A DNA stretch of 64,000 nucleotides, from positions 92,186,739-92,250,738 of the forward strand of contig NC_068990.1 in NCBI RefSeq assembly GCF_001194135.2, read 5' to 3'. Made by a program: the position numbers and the translations under genes. Shown piece after piece: positions 52,247-64,000 of this stretch; position 1 is the stretch's first letter, and each line of letters opens with the position of its first letter. The DNA is from Octopus bimaculoides. Lineage: Eukaryota. The notes under the pieces were generated by a model. The model searched no databases. It was not told the origin of the DNA and worked only from the letters and a program-made list of their open reading frames with translations.

Positions 52247-52438
52247 TTGCGCAAATCAAAGGAACATATTAAAGGTCTTTACATGGAGGGACCTTAAGGT
52301 TAAAAGAGTGGAGGAGGAAGAGGGGGAAGGTGAGAGAGAGAGAGAGAGAGAAGTAAAAGGTTTATAGAAGATAAAAATAATAAATGAGATCAGAACAGTT
52401 GTGTGAGAGAGGAGAAATGTTACAATAACAGAAGAGTA

Positions 52439-52471
<33 letters not shown>

Positions 52472-53289
52472 GATAAATAGAGGTAGATATAGACAGACAG
52501 ACAGACAGATGATGGATGGATATACAGTGAAAGAGTGAGAGAAAATCAGAGGGAGAGAGAGGGAAAGAGAGAGACATGGGCAGACAGAGAAGGGGTGAAG
52601 TAAAGAGGCAGATAAGAGAAGCAGAAGATGAGGGAGAGATAGACAGTGAAAAATGTCAGAGAAACAGACAGAGGCAAAAACACAAGCGGAGAGGTGAAAA
52701 AGAATGAGAAAGAGAGAAGAAAATGGTGAGAATGCATGTCTGTACTTGTAAAGGAATGTGAAGAATTAGAAGAACGACTCTGGAAGTGAGAAGAATTGTC
52801 ATCTTTAAACTGAAGACTTTTCTTCAATGATGGCCAAGTCTGTTAATAATGAGGTTTTGCTGGAAATGTAATGGGGCAATGTGTGTCACTAATTTGGTGC
52901 ACACGAAAGCACTTTAACCTCACACGTTCACACATGCACATGTACACACACACACCTACACACACACACCTACACACACATGCGCACACTTACACACACA
53001 CTCCTATACACACATCTACACACACATCTACACACACACCTACACATACACCTACACACACCTACACACACATCTACATACACACCTACACACACACATG
53101 CTCACCTACACACACAAACCTACACACACATACACACACACACACACACACAGAGATCTTGACGACCAATGTTGGTGTGTTTACGTCCATGTAACTTAGC
53201 AGTTCAGCAAAAAGAGAACAATAGTTGAAATTTACAGAAAAACAAAAAGATGAAGACGGGTGTGTAAACAACAAACATGCATTAGTTTA

Positions 53290-53415
53290 ACGCTTGGGAA
53301 GGTGAGAAAGTGTTTTATGTTTTGAGCCTATGCTCTTCGACAGAAAGGAACACAGAAATAAACAGGGAGAGAAAATAGAAAAAGGTTTAGTGGCTAGCGA
53401 TCTATCATGGCGAAT
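53290..53415 (-). mobile_element. Repeat family E copy with a hammerhead-like motif at 53312-53347
   Basis: Minus strand CTTT-CTGTCGA-A-GAGC(atag)GCTC-AAA-ACAT-A-AAAC. Confidence 0.5.
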
Positions 53416-54011
53416 ATATATATGGACTTTCTTACAGTTCTTGTTTACTAAATATATGTGCATGAGTGTGTGTGTGTGTGTGTGTGAGTCTCTTTGTCTT
53501 GACATTGTGTGATAGCTGTAAATGAGTGCCACTGTCACACAGCAGTGCCCTTTGTTTCCAATCTTGCATGAAAACATGCCTAGCCATGGGGAAATATTAC
53601 CATTACTTGGAAACAGGAAGGGCATCCGGCTGTAGAAATTCTGCCTCAACAAATTTCATCCAATTTATGCAAGCAGGGAAAAGTGGACGTTAAAATGCTG
53701 ACAAATTGATGATGAATGCCTAAGTGTACCACGACCAAAAGGATGGTAAAGGTTGTAGTTTCATGTTTTCTCTTTGCGTTTTGTTTTTTTGTTATCACCA
53801 TTCTTATCGTCAAAACAAAACAAAAAACATCAACCTTTGTAAACAGATTTATAAAAGACCATAATTCCTAGAACTGCTGAGTCATCATGGCAATCAACAA
53901 TGGAATCAATGACCTGTTTCCAATAACATTCCTCCTTTTTTTTTGTCCTTTGTCAATAGTATTTTCCTGGGTAGTCCCTTATCTTAGGTTATCCACTATA
54001 CAAAGGCAGTG

Positions 54012-54215
54012 AGGTGGCAGAACCATTAGCATTCCTGACAAAATGCTCTGCAGCATGTCTTCTGGTTTTATATTCTGAACTCAAATTCCAACAAGGTCAG
54101 TTTTGCTCTTTATCCTTTCGAGGCCAATAAAAAATAAGTGCCAGTTGAGCACTGGGAGGAATGTGATTAAGCAGTGTCTTCCTCCAAGACTTCATTCCTC
54201 ATGCCTAAAGCAGAA
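54012..54215 (+). mobile_element. SINE family A, degenerate
   Basis: gaggtggcagaaccattagc...ttctgaactcaaattcc. Confidence 0.7.
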
Positions 54216-55236
54216 AGAAAATATTACACACCATATTGATATAAGCTTTGGTCCAATCCATGAAAGTGGACCAACCAAAAGCAAGCATGGAAAAGTGCAT
54301 GTTATAATGGTGGTGGTGGTGGTGGTGGTGGTGGGGATGATGATAATGATGATGATGTTGATGATGATGTTGAGGATGATGGTGATGATGTTGAGGATGA
54401 GGTAGGTGACACAACAGGGTTGTGTATGGAGAATGTCAGGGAAAAACATGGAGAGAAGTTAAGAAAATTATGCGATAAGGGAATAAGAAAAAAGAAATTT
54501 GTTGCTGCTTTACTCAATGAGCACCGAAAACTGTTTGAAAGATTCTCTGAAAGTGAAAAAAAATTGTTTTTATTGTAATTTGATACAATTATTGTGTAAA
54601 ATATATGAAAAGGTCAACTTGAGTTTACAATAGCAGCAACTACAATAAAAGGAATGACAACAACAATAACTAGAATAATAGGAGGGACAATAATATCAAA
54701 AATAACGGCAGCCATTACAACAACAACAACAATGAAAGGAAAAAAGCAACTGCAACAGAAAGAACAACGAAAGAGAAACAATGTGGAATGACAATATGAG
54801 AAGAGAAGATTAAAGATTTGAATTGAATAAAGAGTGAATGGCGATATGGATAGGGAGACAGTGGGGAGAGAGAGAGAGTGAAGAGGAGGGGAAATAGAAG
54901 AAGAAGAAGAAGAAGAAGAAGAAGAAGAAGAAGAAGNNNNNNNNNNAGAAGAAGAAGAAGAAGAAGAAGAAGAAGCAGGAGGAGGGGGAGGAGGAGACAA
55001 CAAAAACAACAACTATAGTAACAATTACTACAAAACCAAAGAGAAAGGATGCTAAAAGAGTGAAGAATGAGAGAAAAGTATTGACAGGAGGAAGAAATTG
55101 GAGGGATCACCCTATCATGACCCTCTTCCTCAAGCCAGTTATTGACTTCCATCATTCACACACACGTCATTGTCCACCTCCATGATGATCCTTCACTCTG
55201 TTCCTCTTTACTACTTTCTTACCCCAATTACTCTAC

Positions 55237-55303
55237 ATATGGCGTAGGGGTTAAGAGCGCGGGCTACTAACCCCAAGATTCCAAGTTTGATTCCAGGCAG
55301 TGA

Positions 55304-55354
<51 letters not shown>

Positions 55355-55490
55355 TAACATCAAAAAATACCTTAGGAATGAGAACTCAGGTTTGATATTT
55401 CCCCAAGACACCTGATGAAGACTGGAGGGTATATCAGCCGAAATGTTGTTAACAATAAACAAGATCCATCAAATGTACTCCAAAATGTCA
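55237..55490 (+). mobile_element. tRNA-headed SINE (family D), second copy
   Basis: atatggcgtaggggttaagagcgcgggctactaacccc...(AAT)n...gacacctgatgaagactggagggtatatcagccgaaatgttgttaac; colinear with the 1470-1780 copy. Confidence 0.8.
55407..55452 (+). ncRNA. Minimal hammerhead ribozyme-like motif, mutated copy
   Basis: GACAC-CTGATGA-A-GACTG(10 nt)CAGCC-GAA-ATGT-T-GTT; one stem II mismatch and CpG decay of ACGT. Confidence 0.5.
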
Positions 55491-56212
55491 TCTTGTCAAG
55501 GACATGACAATGTGTCTCCCTAATTCTGGTGCCATAATAAAATGCACCCAGTACACTCTGCAAATTGGCTGGCGTTAGGAAGAACATCCAGCATAGACAA
55601 CTAAGCTCAAAATGAAATGAACAAATAAAATATGATCCTCTCACTCATCTAGGAGGGAGGCTTACTCTGAATAAGAACCGACTGTGCCATAATGACTCAT
55701 CCGATTCATGACAGCACAGAAAAGCAGATATAAAATGATAATATTGATACACACACACACTTGCATGGAACTACATCTTAGCCACTATTGTTCACCCCAA
55801 TGGACCCAGGGTAGATAAGGTCCTTCAAATCTTTAGCTGCTCATCTAAGACAAGGTAATCCATACAAATCCTGCATTTTCTTGACTACTGGGCTCGTAAT
55901 ACTTGTTGCACTGGAACCAAGGGAATTTCTCATCACAAACCATGACCACAATAAAAGTATTCATTGAGCAGGTTGCTCAGCAAACCAAGACACCAGCATC
56001 AACACCAGCACACTTTCTTCAGAAGATCAACAGAAATAGGAAAAGAAGTGACAGGGACACGTAGAGTAATGCTACTGGAAGCCTTCAGCTTTGACTCTGC
56101 AAACAAGCAGTCAAACGGTGATGGTCATTTCCTATAGGTCTGGAAGACACTGAACACTGGGCAGCTTTGTCTTGCAGAACTTGCATTCATCGATGCAACA
56201 AGAGTCCACCCA

Positions 56213-56260
<48 letters not shown>

Positions 56261-56316
56261 AGGCTTACATAGTTTCAATCAGCCAACTTTGTTTATCTTT
56301 TCTTATCTTGGCTCAG

Positions 56317-56373
56317 AGCCAGGTTCCGATGAAAGAATCTCAACAGACAAAATTCTCTGACAGGAAACCTGAG
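56317..56373 (+). CDS. Candidate gene 2 exon (57 nt, phase 0 to 0), SQVPMKESQQTKFSDRKPE
   Basis: Pyrimidine-rich acceptor ctttgtttatcttttcttatcttggctcag|, donor GAG|gtatca; only the phase-0 frame is open. Confidence 0.35.
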
Positions 56374-56649
56374 GTATCAGTGATGAGAGATTGACCATAA
56401 CTGGCATAATAAATATTTATACACCATTCCAATCAAGGAAATGTGTACTCTCTCCTAACTTCGTTACCACTAACCTAGTGTGTGCGTGTGTATGTGTGTG
56501 TGTGTCCAAGCGGATTAAATTTATTTTATGCATATTATTAATATGCTATTCATCTCATTAAACATACTTTTTCATAATAATGAACTGCCACAATATATGT
56601 ATACTTATGTATAAGTATGTATGTGTATGCATATATATATATATTTATA

Positions 56650-56772
56650 TATGTGGATATTCGGTTGGCCCAAGGCTATAGTAGAAGACACTTGCCCAAA
56701 GTGCCATGCAGAGGGACTGAACTCATGACCATGTGGTTGGTAAGCAAGCTAATTACCACACAGCCACTCCTG
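56650..56772 (-). mobile_element. SINE family B head
   Basis: ggctatagtagaagacacttgcccaaagtgcc...accatgtggttggtaagcaagct. Confidence 0.85.
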
Positions 56773-57195
56773 AGCTTATTTAAGTCATTTTTAATCAGAT
56801 TACTACTCCATTATGGCAGTTCTAGTATGTTCTTTAGGATGTTCTTATCTAAGATAGCTTGATATTTTTTCTCTTGTTTTTTCTTTTCTCTTCACACCTC
56901 TTCCCATGGCTGTTTATACGATCTTTGCTACTTGCTGTGTGGGCTCCGAAGATGATATCATTTGTTAAGTTCATTCAATTTTTTCAATTGGTCAATCAAG
57001 TAATCGAGTAAACAGAACTGTGAGTGAACCTATAATGCATATCAGAAACGTCTATAAGTCTACAATGCACACATAGATGAATAAACATGTAATGCCCATT
57101 ATTTATGTCTTATCTTGTATATGACTCAGTGAGAACATACCATATCAACTGGGAAATGCAACCATGGATTTATAAAGTCAACCGGGGATGGACTT

Positions 57196-57375
57196 CAACT
57201 TTGGATCCTGCCTTAGGATTATCTGGAGTTCTACACCAATCCGAAAACCTTTTGTTAGCCTCGTGTATTTGTATTAACAGAAAGCTTAAGTAGTATTTTT
57301 GCCCAGGTTTATAATTCCTTATTAATAACACTTTATTGTGATATATATATATATGTGTGTGTGTGTTTCTGTACA

Positions 57376-57439
<64 letters not shown>

Positions 57440-57627
57440 AATATATATACATACATACATGTAAGTATGTATATCACAATATACTAATAAAGAGTTGTTA
57501 ATAAGGGATTATGAATCCAAGCAAAATACTTCTTAAGCTTTCTTAATCCAAATACATGAGGCTAACAAAAGGTTTTCAGATTGGTGTAGAACTCCAGATA
57601 ATCCTAAGGCAGGATCCGATGTTGCAA
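57196..57627. mobile_element. Fold-back / MITE-like element with ~150-bp inverted arms around a TA/TG microsatellite
   Basis: ggatcctgccttaggattatctggagttctacaccaat at about 57203 is the exact reverse complement of attggtgtagaactccagataatcctaaggcaggatcc at about 57580; similarity extends inward. Confidence 0.85.
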
Positions 57628-57739
57628 CTTCTACACACACACACACGAACACACACATATGCATATTTGTATGTATGTACATATGTATGTATGTGTGTGT
57701 ATACATATGTATATATTTATATATATTCTTTTATTCCTT

Positions 57740-57953
57740 TATCTTTTTATTCTTTTACTCGTTTCAGTCATTTGACTGTGGCCATGCTGCAGCACTGCCT
57801 TTACTTGAACAAATCAACCTCAGAACTTATTCCTTGTAAGCCTAGTACTTATTCTATCAGTCTGTTTTGTTGAACTGCTAAGTTACGGGGACATAAGCAC
57901 ACCAACATCGGTTGTCAAGCGATGGTAGGAGACAAACACAAACACACAAATAT

Positions 57954-57955
<2 letters not shown>
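57740..57955 (-). mobile_element. SINE family B, 3' half
   Basis: gtttcagtcatttgactgtggccatgctgcagcactgcc...cttattccttgtaagcctagtactt. Confidence 0.85.
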
Positions 57956-57985
<30 letters not shown>

Positions 57986-58719
57986 ATNNNNNNNNNNNNN
58001 NNNNNNNNNNNNNNNNNNNNNNNNNNNNNNNNNNNNNNNNNNNNNNNNNNNNNNNNNNNNNNNNNNNNNNNNNNNNNNNNNNNNNNNNNNNNNNNNNNNN
58101 NNNNNNNNNNNNNNNNNNNNNNNNNNNNNNNNNNNNNNNNNNNNNNNNNNNNNNNNNNNNNNNNNNNNNNNNNNNNNNNNNNNNNNNNNNNNNNNNNNNN
58201 NNNNNNNNNNNNNNNNNNNNNNNNNNNNNNNNNNNNNNNNNNNNNNNNNNNNNNNNNNNNNNNNNNNNNNNNNNNNNNNNNNNNNNNNNNNNNNNNNNNN
58301 NNNNNNNNNNNNNNNNNNNNNNNNNNNNNNNNNNNNNNNNNNNNNNNNNNNNNNNNNNNNNNNNNNNNNNNNNNNNNNNNNNNNNNNNNNNNNNNNNNNN
58401 NNNNNNNNNNNNNNNNNNNNNNNNNNNNNNNNNNNNNNNNNNNNNNNNNNNNNNNNNNNNNNNNNNNNNNNNNNNNNNNNNNNNNNNNNNNNNNNNNNNN
58501 NNNNNNNNNNNNNNNNNNNNNNNNNNNNNNNNNNNNNNNNNNNNNNNNNNNNNNNNNNNNNNNNNNNNNNNNNNNNNNNNNNNNNNNNNNNNNNNNNNNN
58601 NNNNNNNNNNNNNNNNNNNNNNNNNNNNNNNNNNNNNNNNNNNNNNNNNNNNNNNNNNNNNNNNNNNNNNNNNNNNNNNNNNNNNNNNNNNNNNNNNNNN
58701 NNNNNNNNNNNNNNNNNNN

Positions 58720-58751
<32 letters not shown>

Positions 58752-59259
58752 CTCAGAAACAGATACATATATTCTGTTAGTCCCTTCAGAAGAATGTGTG
58801 AACTAATGAGACCTCAAGAGGATTGGTATTTCCCTATATTGATAAGGGTAGGACTTGGAATTCCTCACAAAATCATAACTGAAAAATACATTCAGGATGA
58901 AGTTCCAGAAATTATACACATGTGTATGTGCATGTGTACACACACGTTTGTGTGTGTGTGCGTTAATATTTCCCTCACCAACTTTAATATTGACAACTCT
59001 CCTCACATTCCTCCCATACCATTACTGCTGGCAATAGGTTCTTTCATAATCCTAAACTCCCTAAAACTGTAATCATTTCCCCATATCCATGACCAACACA
59101 ACGCACACATCATACTTTCCACCCACAACCCCTGATTTTTGTAAACTACCACTATTCCAACATGTATCGGGTTACCTCATCATTGACTAACCGAGACCAC
59201 ACACCAGATATTCATTCTTCACTAAATATTTCTACCAGCAAATTTGCTTCAAGCCTGAC

Positions 59260-59411
59260 AAGGGCCGGCTGAAGGTACCAGCAACTCAGGCAGATGTCTG
59301 GGGCACTATGTGCTAGGGGGCACCAAGTAGGGCATGACAAAAACAAGGAAATTGTTGAAAATGTTGAAGTTCAGCTTGCTTGGGGCACCAACAATCCTAG
59401 GGCCAGCCCTG
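59260..59411. mobile_element. hAT-type MITE (152 bp) with 8-bp TSD agcctgac
   Basis: Termini aagggccggc...gccagccctg, flanked on both sides by agcctgac (59252-59259 and 59412-59419). Confidence 0.85.
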
Positions 59412-59914
59412 AGCCTGACACACCTGAAACAGCTAAGTAACTAGAAAGATCTTCTAAAGCATGTCATTTCATATCCCTTATAACAAAACTCACAAATTCA
59501 TGCCCAAAGTAGTTAACATGCAGTGAAGTTGAAGAATATGGCTTACAGCACCAAGGTAGATATTACCCAGCTTTACCAACTGAGTGGTATAACCCACAAC
59601 TACAACTTCTAACAAGCTCCTACCATTTGAAATGTAAATATTGTGTTTATACATCACATATCTGCAAGTTGTCTCATCTCTGAAATTTGGCACCTTGCCA
59701 ACAGGATAAACCGACTTCATAGAATCCACATAGCACCACTCCTTAACCAACATATTACCAATCTTACAGAATATTAAATAAAACTCCACTAAATTTTTCT
59801 AGAAGACTTTCTAAAACTTTACTTCACTGTGTATCTAGACACAAACGGCCCTGAAATCAATGGCCATAGGTTAGGACTGACTTTGGGTAAAGTTAAATTT
59901 TGGCACCCCAGATA

Positions 59915-60590
59915 TTCTTTTAGTCTTTTACTTGCTTCAGTCATTGGACATCGGCCATGCTGGAGCACTGCCTTTAGTCGACCAAATCAACCGTAGGACT
60001 TATTCTTTGTAAGCCTAGTACTTATTCTATCGGTCTCTTTTGCCANNNNNNNNNNNNNNNNNNNNNNNNNNNNNNNNNNNNNNNNNNNNNNNNNNNNNNN
60101 NNNNNNNNNNNNNNNNNNNNNNNNNNNNNNNNNNNNNNNNNNNNNNNNNNNNNNNNNNNNNNNNNNNNNNNNNNNNNNNNNNNNNNNNNNNNNNNNNNNN
60201 NNNNNNNNNNNNNNNNNNNNNNNNNNNNNNNNNNNNNNNNNNNNNNNNNNNNNNNNNNNNNNNNNNNNNNNNNNNNNNNNNNNNNNNNNNNNNNNNNNNN
60301 NNNNNNNNNNNNNNNNNNNNNNNNNNNNNNNNNNNNNNNNNNNNNNNNNNNNNNNNNNNNNNNNNNNNNNNNNNNNNNNNNNNNNNNNNNNATGTATATA
60401 TATATATATATATATAAATATACATATATATATATATATATATGACGGGCTTCTTTCAGTTTCCATCTACCAAATCCACTCGCGAGGTTTTGGTCGGCCC
60501 GAGGCTATAGTAGAAGACACTTGCCCAAGGTGCCATGCAGTTGGACTGAACTCAGAACCATGTGGTTGGTAAGCAAGCTACTTACCACAC
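59915..60590 (-). mobile_element. SINE family B, interrupted by an N gap
   Basis: Tail at 59915-60045, head at 60445-60590. Confidence 0.85.
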
Positions 60591-60649
60591 AAAGTGACTG
60601 GTTCAAACACAGCATCAAAGTCTGAAATCCTTTAGGAGGAAGACATCAG

Positions 60650-60870
60650 GCTGGCAGACATATTAGCATGTTGGGGGCAAAATGTTTAGTGGAATGTCTT
60701 CCAGTTCTTTCAATTCTGAATTCAAATCCTGCTGAGCTCAACTTTACTTCTCATCCTTTTGGCATCAATGAAATAAAATGCCAGTCCAGTACTGAGGTCG
60801 ATGTAACCAGCTTACCTTCTTCCCTGATAGTCAATGGCCTTGTGCCAAAATTAGAAAGCATAATAGTAAC
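60650..60870 (+). mobile_element. SINE family A, degenerate
   Basis: ggctggcagacatattagc...ttctgaattcaaatcc. Confidence 0.7.
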
Positions 60871-60882
60871 TAAGAGATAGGT

Positions 60883-60933
<51 letters not shown>

Positions 60934-62047
60934 NNNNNNNNNNNNNNNNNNNNNNNNNNNNNNNNNNNNNNNNNNNNNNNNNNNNNNNNNNNNNNNNNNN
61001 NNNNNNNNNNNNNNNNNNNNNNNNNNNNNNNNNNNNNNNNNNNNNNNNNNNNNNNNNNNNNNNNNNNNNNNGAGAAGAGAGAGAGAGAAGAGAGAGAGAG
61101 AAGAGAGAGAGAGAAGAGAGAGAGAGAAGAGAGAGAGAGAAGAGAGAGAGAGAGATGGCATTTTTACAATATTGGCAATGATCACAACACAGTTGGGTGA
61201 AGAATGGTTGCATGATAGAAAATCCAAAGTGTCCTGTTGGTTTCCTGTAGATGCAATGAATAAAAGAAAGAAAGAAAAGAAAAGAAAAGCAAAAGAAGCA
61301 TGTCCTGCGAAACATATTATCCTAATGAAAACATTTTTCTGAACTAGATCTGCAAATGTTTTCATAAAACTTCCTATCTCTGTTTTCAACAATACCGTTT
61401 CCTGTTGACAAAATTACCAAAGAATTTAATCTGTTTTTGTATTTAGAAGATTCCAAACACACGACATGGTGTCCCTGAGCATGTGGATCCTCAAGCTACC
61501 CCCCCCCCACTCGCTGGTTTATTCATTCAACCCTGCTGATTGCTGACCTATAATAAAAGATGCAGTCAAACTTGGGCACCAAACTGTTAATTCGTTAATC
61601 GTTAGTTAACAAAGTTAACATTTTCGTTAATGATTTAACTTTTAAGTTAAGTTTGGAAACCATTTACAGGTTAATTAACTTCCCTTACATTTCACTTTAA
61701 GTCAACTTCAGTTGAAGTTCAATTGAAGTTAACAGATTTGTTAGTGCTGGTACTTTTTAAGGAGTTTATAAGAACTTACGTGTGAGGTATGGTTTTTATT
61801 TTATCATAACTGTGATGTCCTGTGGATGAAAAGTTATGCCAGGGATAATATATTTGGTGCTGCCATCAGAGTAAGATCACCCTTGAGTTCTGTAGCGCCA
61901 GCATAGATATTATCTACATCTAAAAAGTGGTCCAGTGGATGAGATAGTAAACCTAACTTTGTTTGTGGAGGGACGGAAACCTCAGAGGATAAATTTAATT
62001 TTCTCCACAAGTCGCAGTTCTTTTTCAGCATCTGTGATATTTAACAT

Positions 62048-62220
62048 CAGTGATTCCCAACCATTTTCACCAAACACTTATAACATCCCCAACTTTTATA
62101 TTCTTATCCAATACAGGTAATGGCCATGGTTGAATTTGAAATTAATGTATAATACGCTAAATCTTAATTGCTTTATGTATCATGCTAGGGATGCAGCATG
62201 GACCATTTTGGGAACCACTG
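62048..62220. mobile_element. hAT-type MITE with TIR cagtg(a/g)ttcccaa
   Basis: cagtgattcccaa...ttgggaaccactg; flanks tttaacat and ttttacat form a 7/8 TSD. Confidence 0.75.
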
Positions 62221-62828
62221 TTTTACATAATATTCTTGAGCCAATGAGGAAGCCTGAGCTGACTAGAGAGCCCTCTTGAACCAAACAGGGGGGATTCAGG
62301 AATCAAAGAGACAATGGGTCTTAAGCTAAAACATGGAGGAATCTTGAACCAACAAAAGAGCAGCTACATGGTCCTTTGATCTGCTAGAAATAGCAATCAA
62401 ATCTCTCTCAAGTCATACTTATCAACTTAAATATTTCTCAATAAATGACAATGTGGTCATGTTGGATCAGAGCTAATCTAAAGCTATACAAAGAACAATC
62501 ATTATGTCTTCGGACACCCCCCATGTTACTGAGATGTCCAGGAAAGTAATGAGTAAAAGTACTGGGGGGGGGAAGCTATGTGGGTGTTATTGCTCCCCAG
62601 TTTGGTTTTGTACAAGTTACAGGTCCATACGGTCAAAAGGCTGTGTGAAGGTGACAATAGAGCTTAGTGTGGTTCGATAGAGAGGTTATCTCTAAAGAGA
62701 CATCATAGACACACCTCTGCAAGGTGTTGAATATCAAATTCAAAACACTTTTACTGTATCTTATTGAATCAATATCATCAACTGTGTGAAAAAAAACCCC
62801 TCTGATAAGATCAATGGGAGTCCATTAA

Positions 62829-63050
62829 CCCCTTCATTACCGTATTTATTTTGAGATGCTTTGTGTTTCTTTCAATTAATTTTAAATATAACAAAGAATT
62901 TAGTAAAATAACTTATCTATCATTAAGCTAGTGTGAGGAACATAAATTGTGACTAAGGTTTGGTGGAAGATTTTAATTCAAAACTTTTGCAAACAAGACA
63001 TTAGTACTACAGAACCAGAGGTGGTTCCAGCCGGGTTGGTAACGAAAGAG
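62829..63050. mobile_element. piggyBac-type MITE with TTAA target duplication
   Basis: ttaa|ccccttcattacc...ggtaacgaaagag|ttaa. Confidence 0.8.
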
Positions 63051-63564
63051 TTAATGTTATCAAGCATATGTTGTTGTAATAATTGTTGTTTGACTCTAAG
63101 CCAACCCTGATCAAGAGAACAGTGAGTAATGGCATTCCGGCCATGTCCATCTCTTCTAAGTAAGACGATATTTTCTGATGTGTCCTTTCATTATTTAAGA
63201 TGTTAGTGTGTAGTTTGAGAGACATTTAGCTACTATTTCCAGTAGACTGAGTGACCGCATAGAAGTGGATTATGTTATAAGTACTCTGGGTGGTGTAGAA
63301 GGAAACTTGAGTATCATAAGAAACAGGCTTACAGTTATACCATACAGCATCTCTCTCTCTACCTTTCTCTCTCACACACACACACACATAAACATGCTCG
63401 CACATACAGACGCACACAAACACACACACACACAAACATACACACACAGATGCACACACACACACATGTACACACACACACACATACACACATACAATGA
63501 TAAGTGGGATGAAGGTGAGGGTTAAGAGAAAGAAGCAGTACAAGGTAGGAATACCAAATATGGT

Positions 63565-63835
63565 GTGTGTGTGTGTGTGTGCATCTGTGCGAGAGTGTGC
63601 GTGCATCTGAGTGTGTGTGTGTGCATCTGAGTGTGTGTGTGTGTACATCTGTGTGTGTGTGTGCCTGTGTGTGTGTGTGTGCATCTGAGTGTGTGTGTGT
63701 GCATCTGAGTGTGTGTGTGTGCATCTGTGTGTGTGTGTGTGCCTGTGTGTGTGTGTGTGTGCATCTGTGTGTGTGTGCCTCTGTGTGTGTGTGCCTCTGT
63801 GTGTGTGTGTGTGTGATTCTGTGTGTGTGTGTGTT
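63565..63835. repeat. Compound (GT)n/GCATCT minisatellite
   Basis: Directly visible; explains the HT/CV-rich ORFs. Confidence 0.95.
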
Positions 63836-64000
63836 TATATGTCGTGTGGAAGGTAGAGAAGGGAATTAGCAGTGACATCCGATCAAGCAAGACTTGATCC
63901 AACTGCTTACAAGACAACAGCAACAACAACAGCAACATGGACCAATAATAAACAAGTAGATAAGAGAAAATAAAGTGACTGTTCATCTTAAGGGACCAAG

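Noticed and set aside
55241-55310. tRNA gene call for the family D head (and 1710-1778)
   Set aside because: It has A/B boxes and an anticodon-like arm but no acceptor stem closure, and it continues into a shared repeat body, so it is a SINE head.
59490-59789. 99-aa minus-strand ORF as a host gene
   Set aside because: No splice signals; faint resemblance to a decayed LINE endonuclease, too weak to call.
57878-61392. Long ORFs of 125-386 aa (also 23371-23969)
   Set aside because: They are open only because they cross N gaps (23405-23623, 57988-58719, 60046-60390, 60934-61071).
62029-62116. Candidate exon (A)SVIFNISDSQPFSPNTYNIPNFYILIQY
   Set aside because: Most of it lies inside the hAT MITE, including its TIR.

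Overview
AT-rich, microsatellite-dense eukaryotic genomic DNA with several N gaps. Its SINE/LINE repertoire is characteristic of Octopus (coleoid cephalopod); this is inferred from repeat content, not from a search. Almost all ORFs in the supplied track are artefacts of simple repeats or N runs. Two host genes are supportable. (1) A minus-strand gene with five phase-consistent exons (6000-5883, 5622-5524, 2893-2799, 906-813, 663-611) that runs off the left edge; I do not recognise the protein. (2) A probable long-intron plus-strand gene with one convincing 180-nt coding exon (45971-46150), a candidate non-coding first exon near 12.3-12.7 kb and weaker candidate exons at 50906 and 56317. The rest is tRNA-derived SINEs, RTE and CR1/L2-type LINE fragments, a Tigger/pogo fossil, hAT and piggyBac MITEs with target-site duplications, a Penelope-like remnant and mini/microsatellites. 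The most interesting signal is a set of minimal hammerhead-ribozyme-like motifs sharing the layout stem I - CUGANGA - A - stem II - GAA - ACGU - H - stem I. They occur in a tRNA-headed SINE (two copies) and in a second repeat family with a CUGUCGA core. Also notable: two long fold-back structures (possible ADAR substrates), a 22-bp-period array of forkhead motifs, and inverted repeats bracketing a stop-free 180-nt exon. No prokaryotic features, CRISPR arrays, rRNA or genuine tRNA genes were seen.
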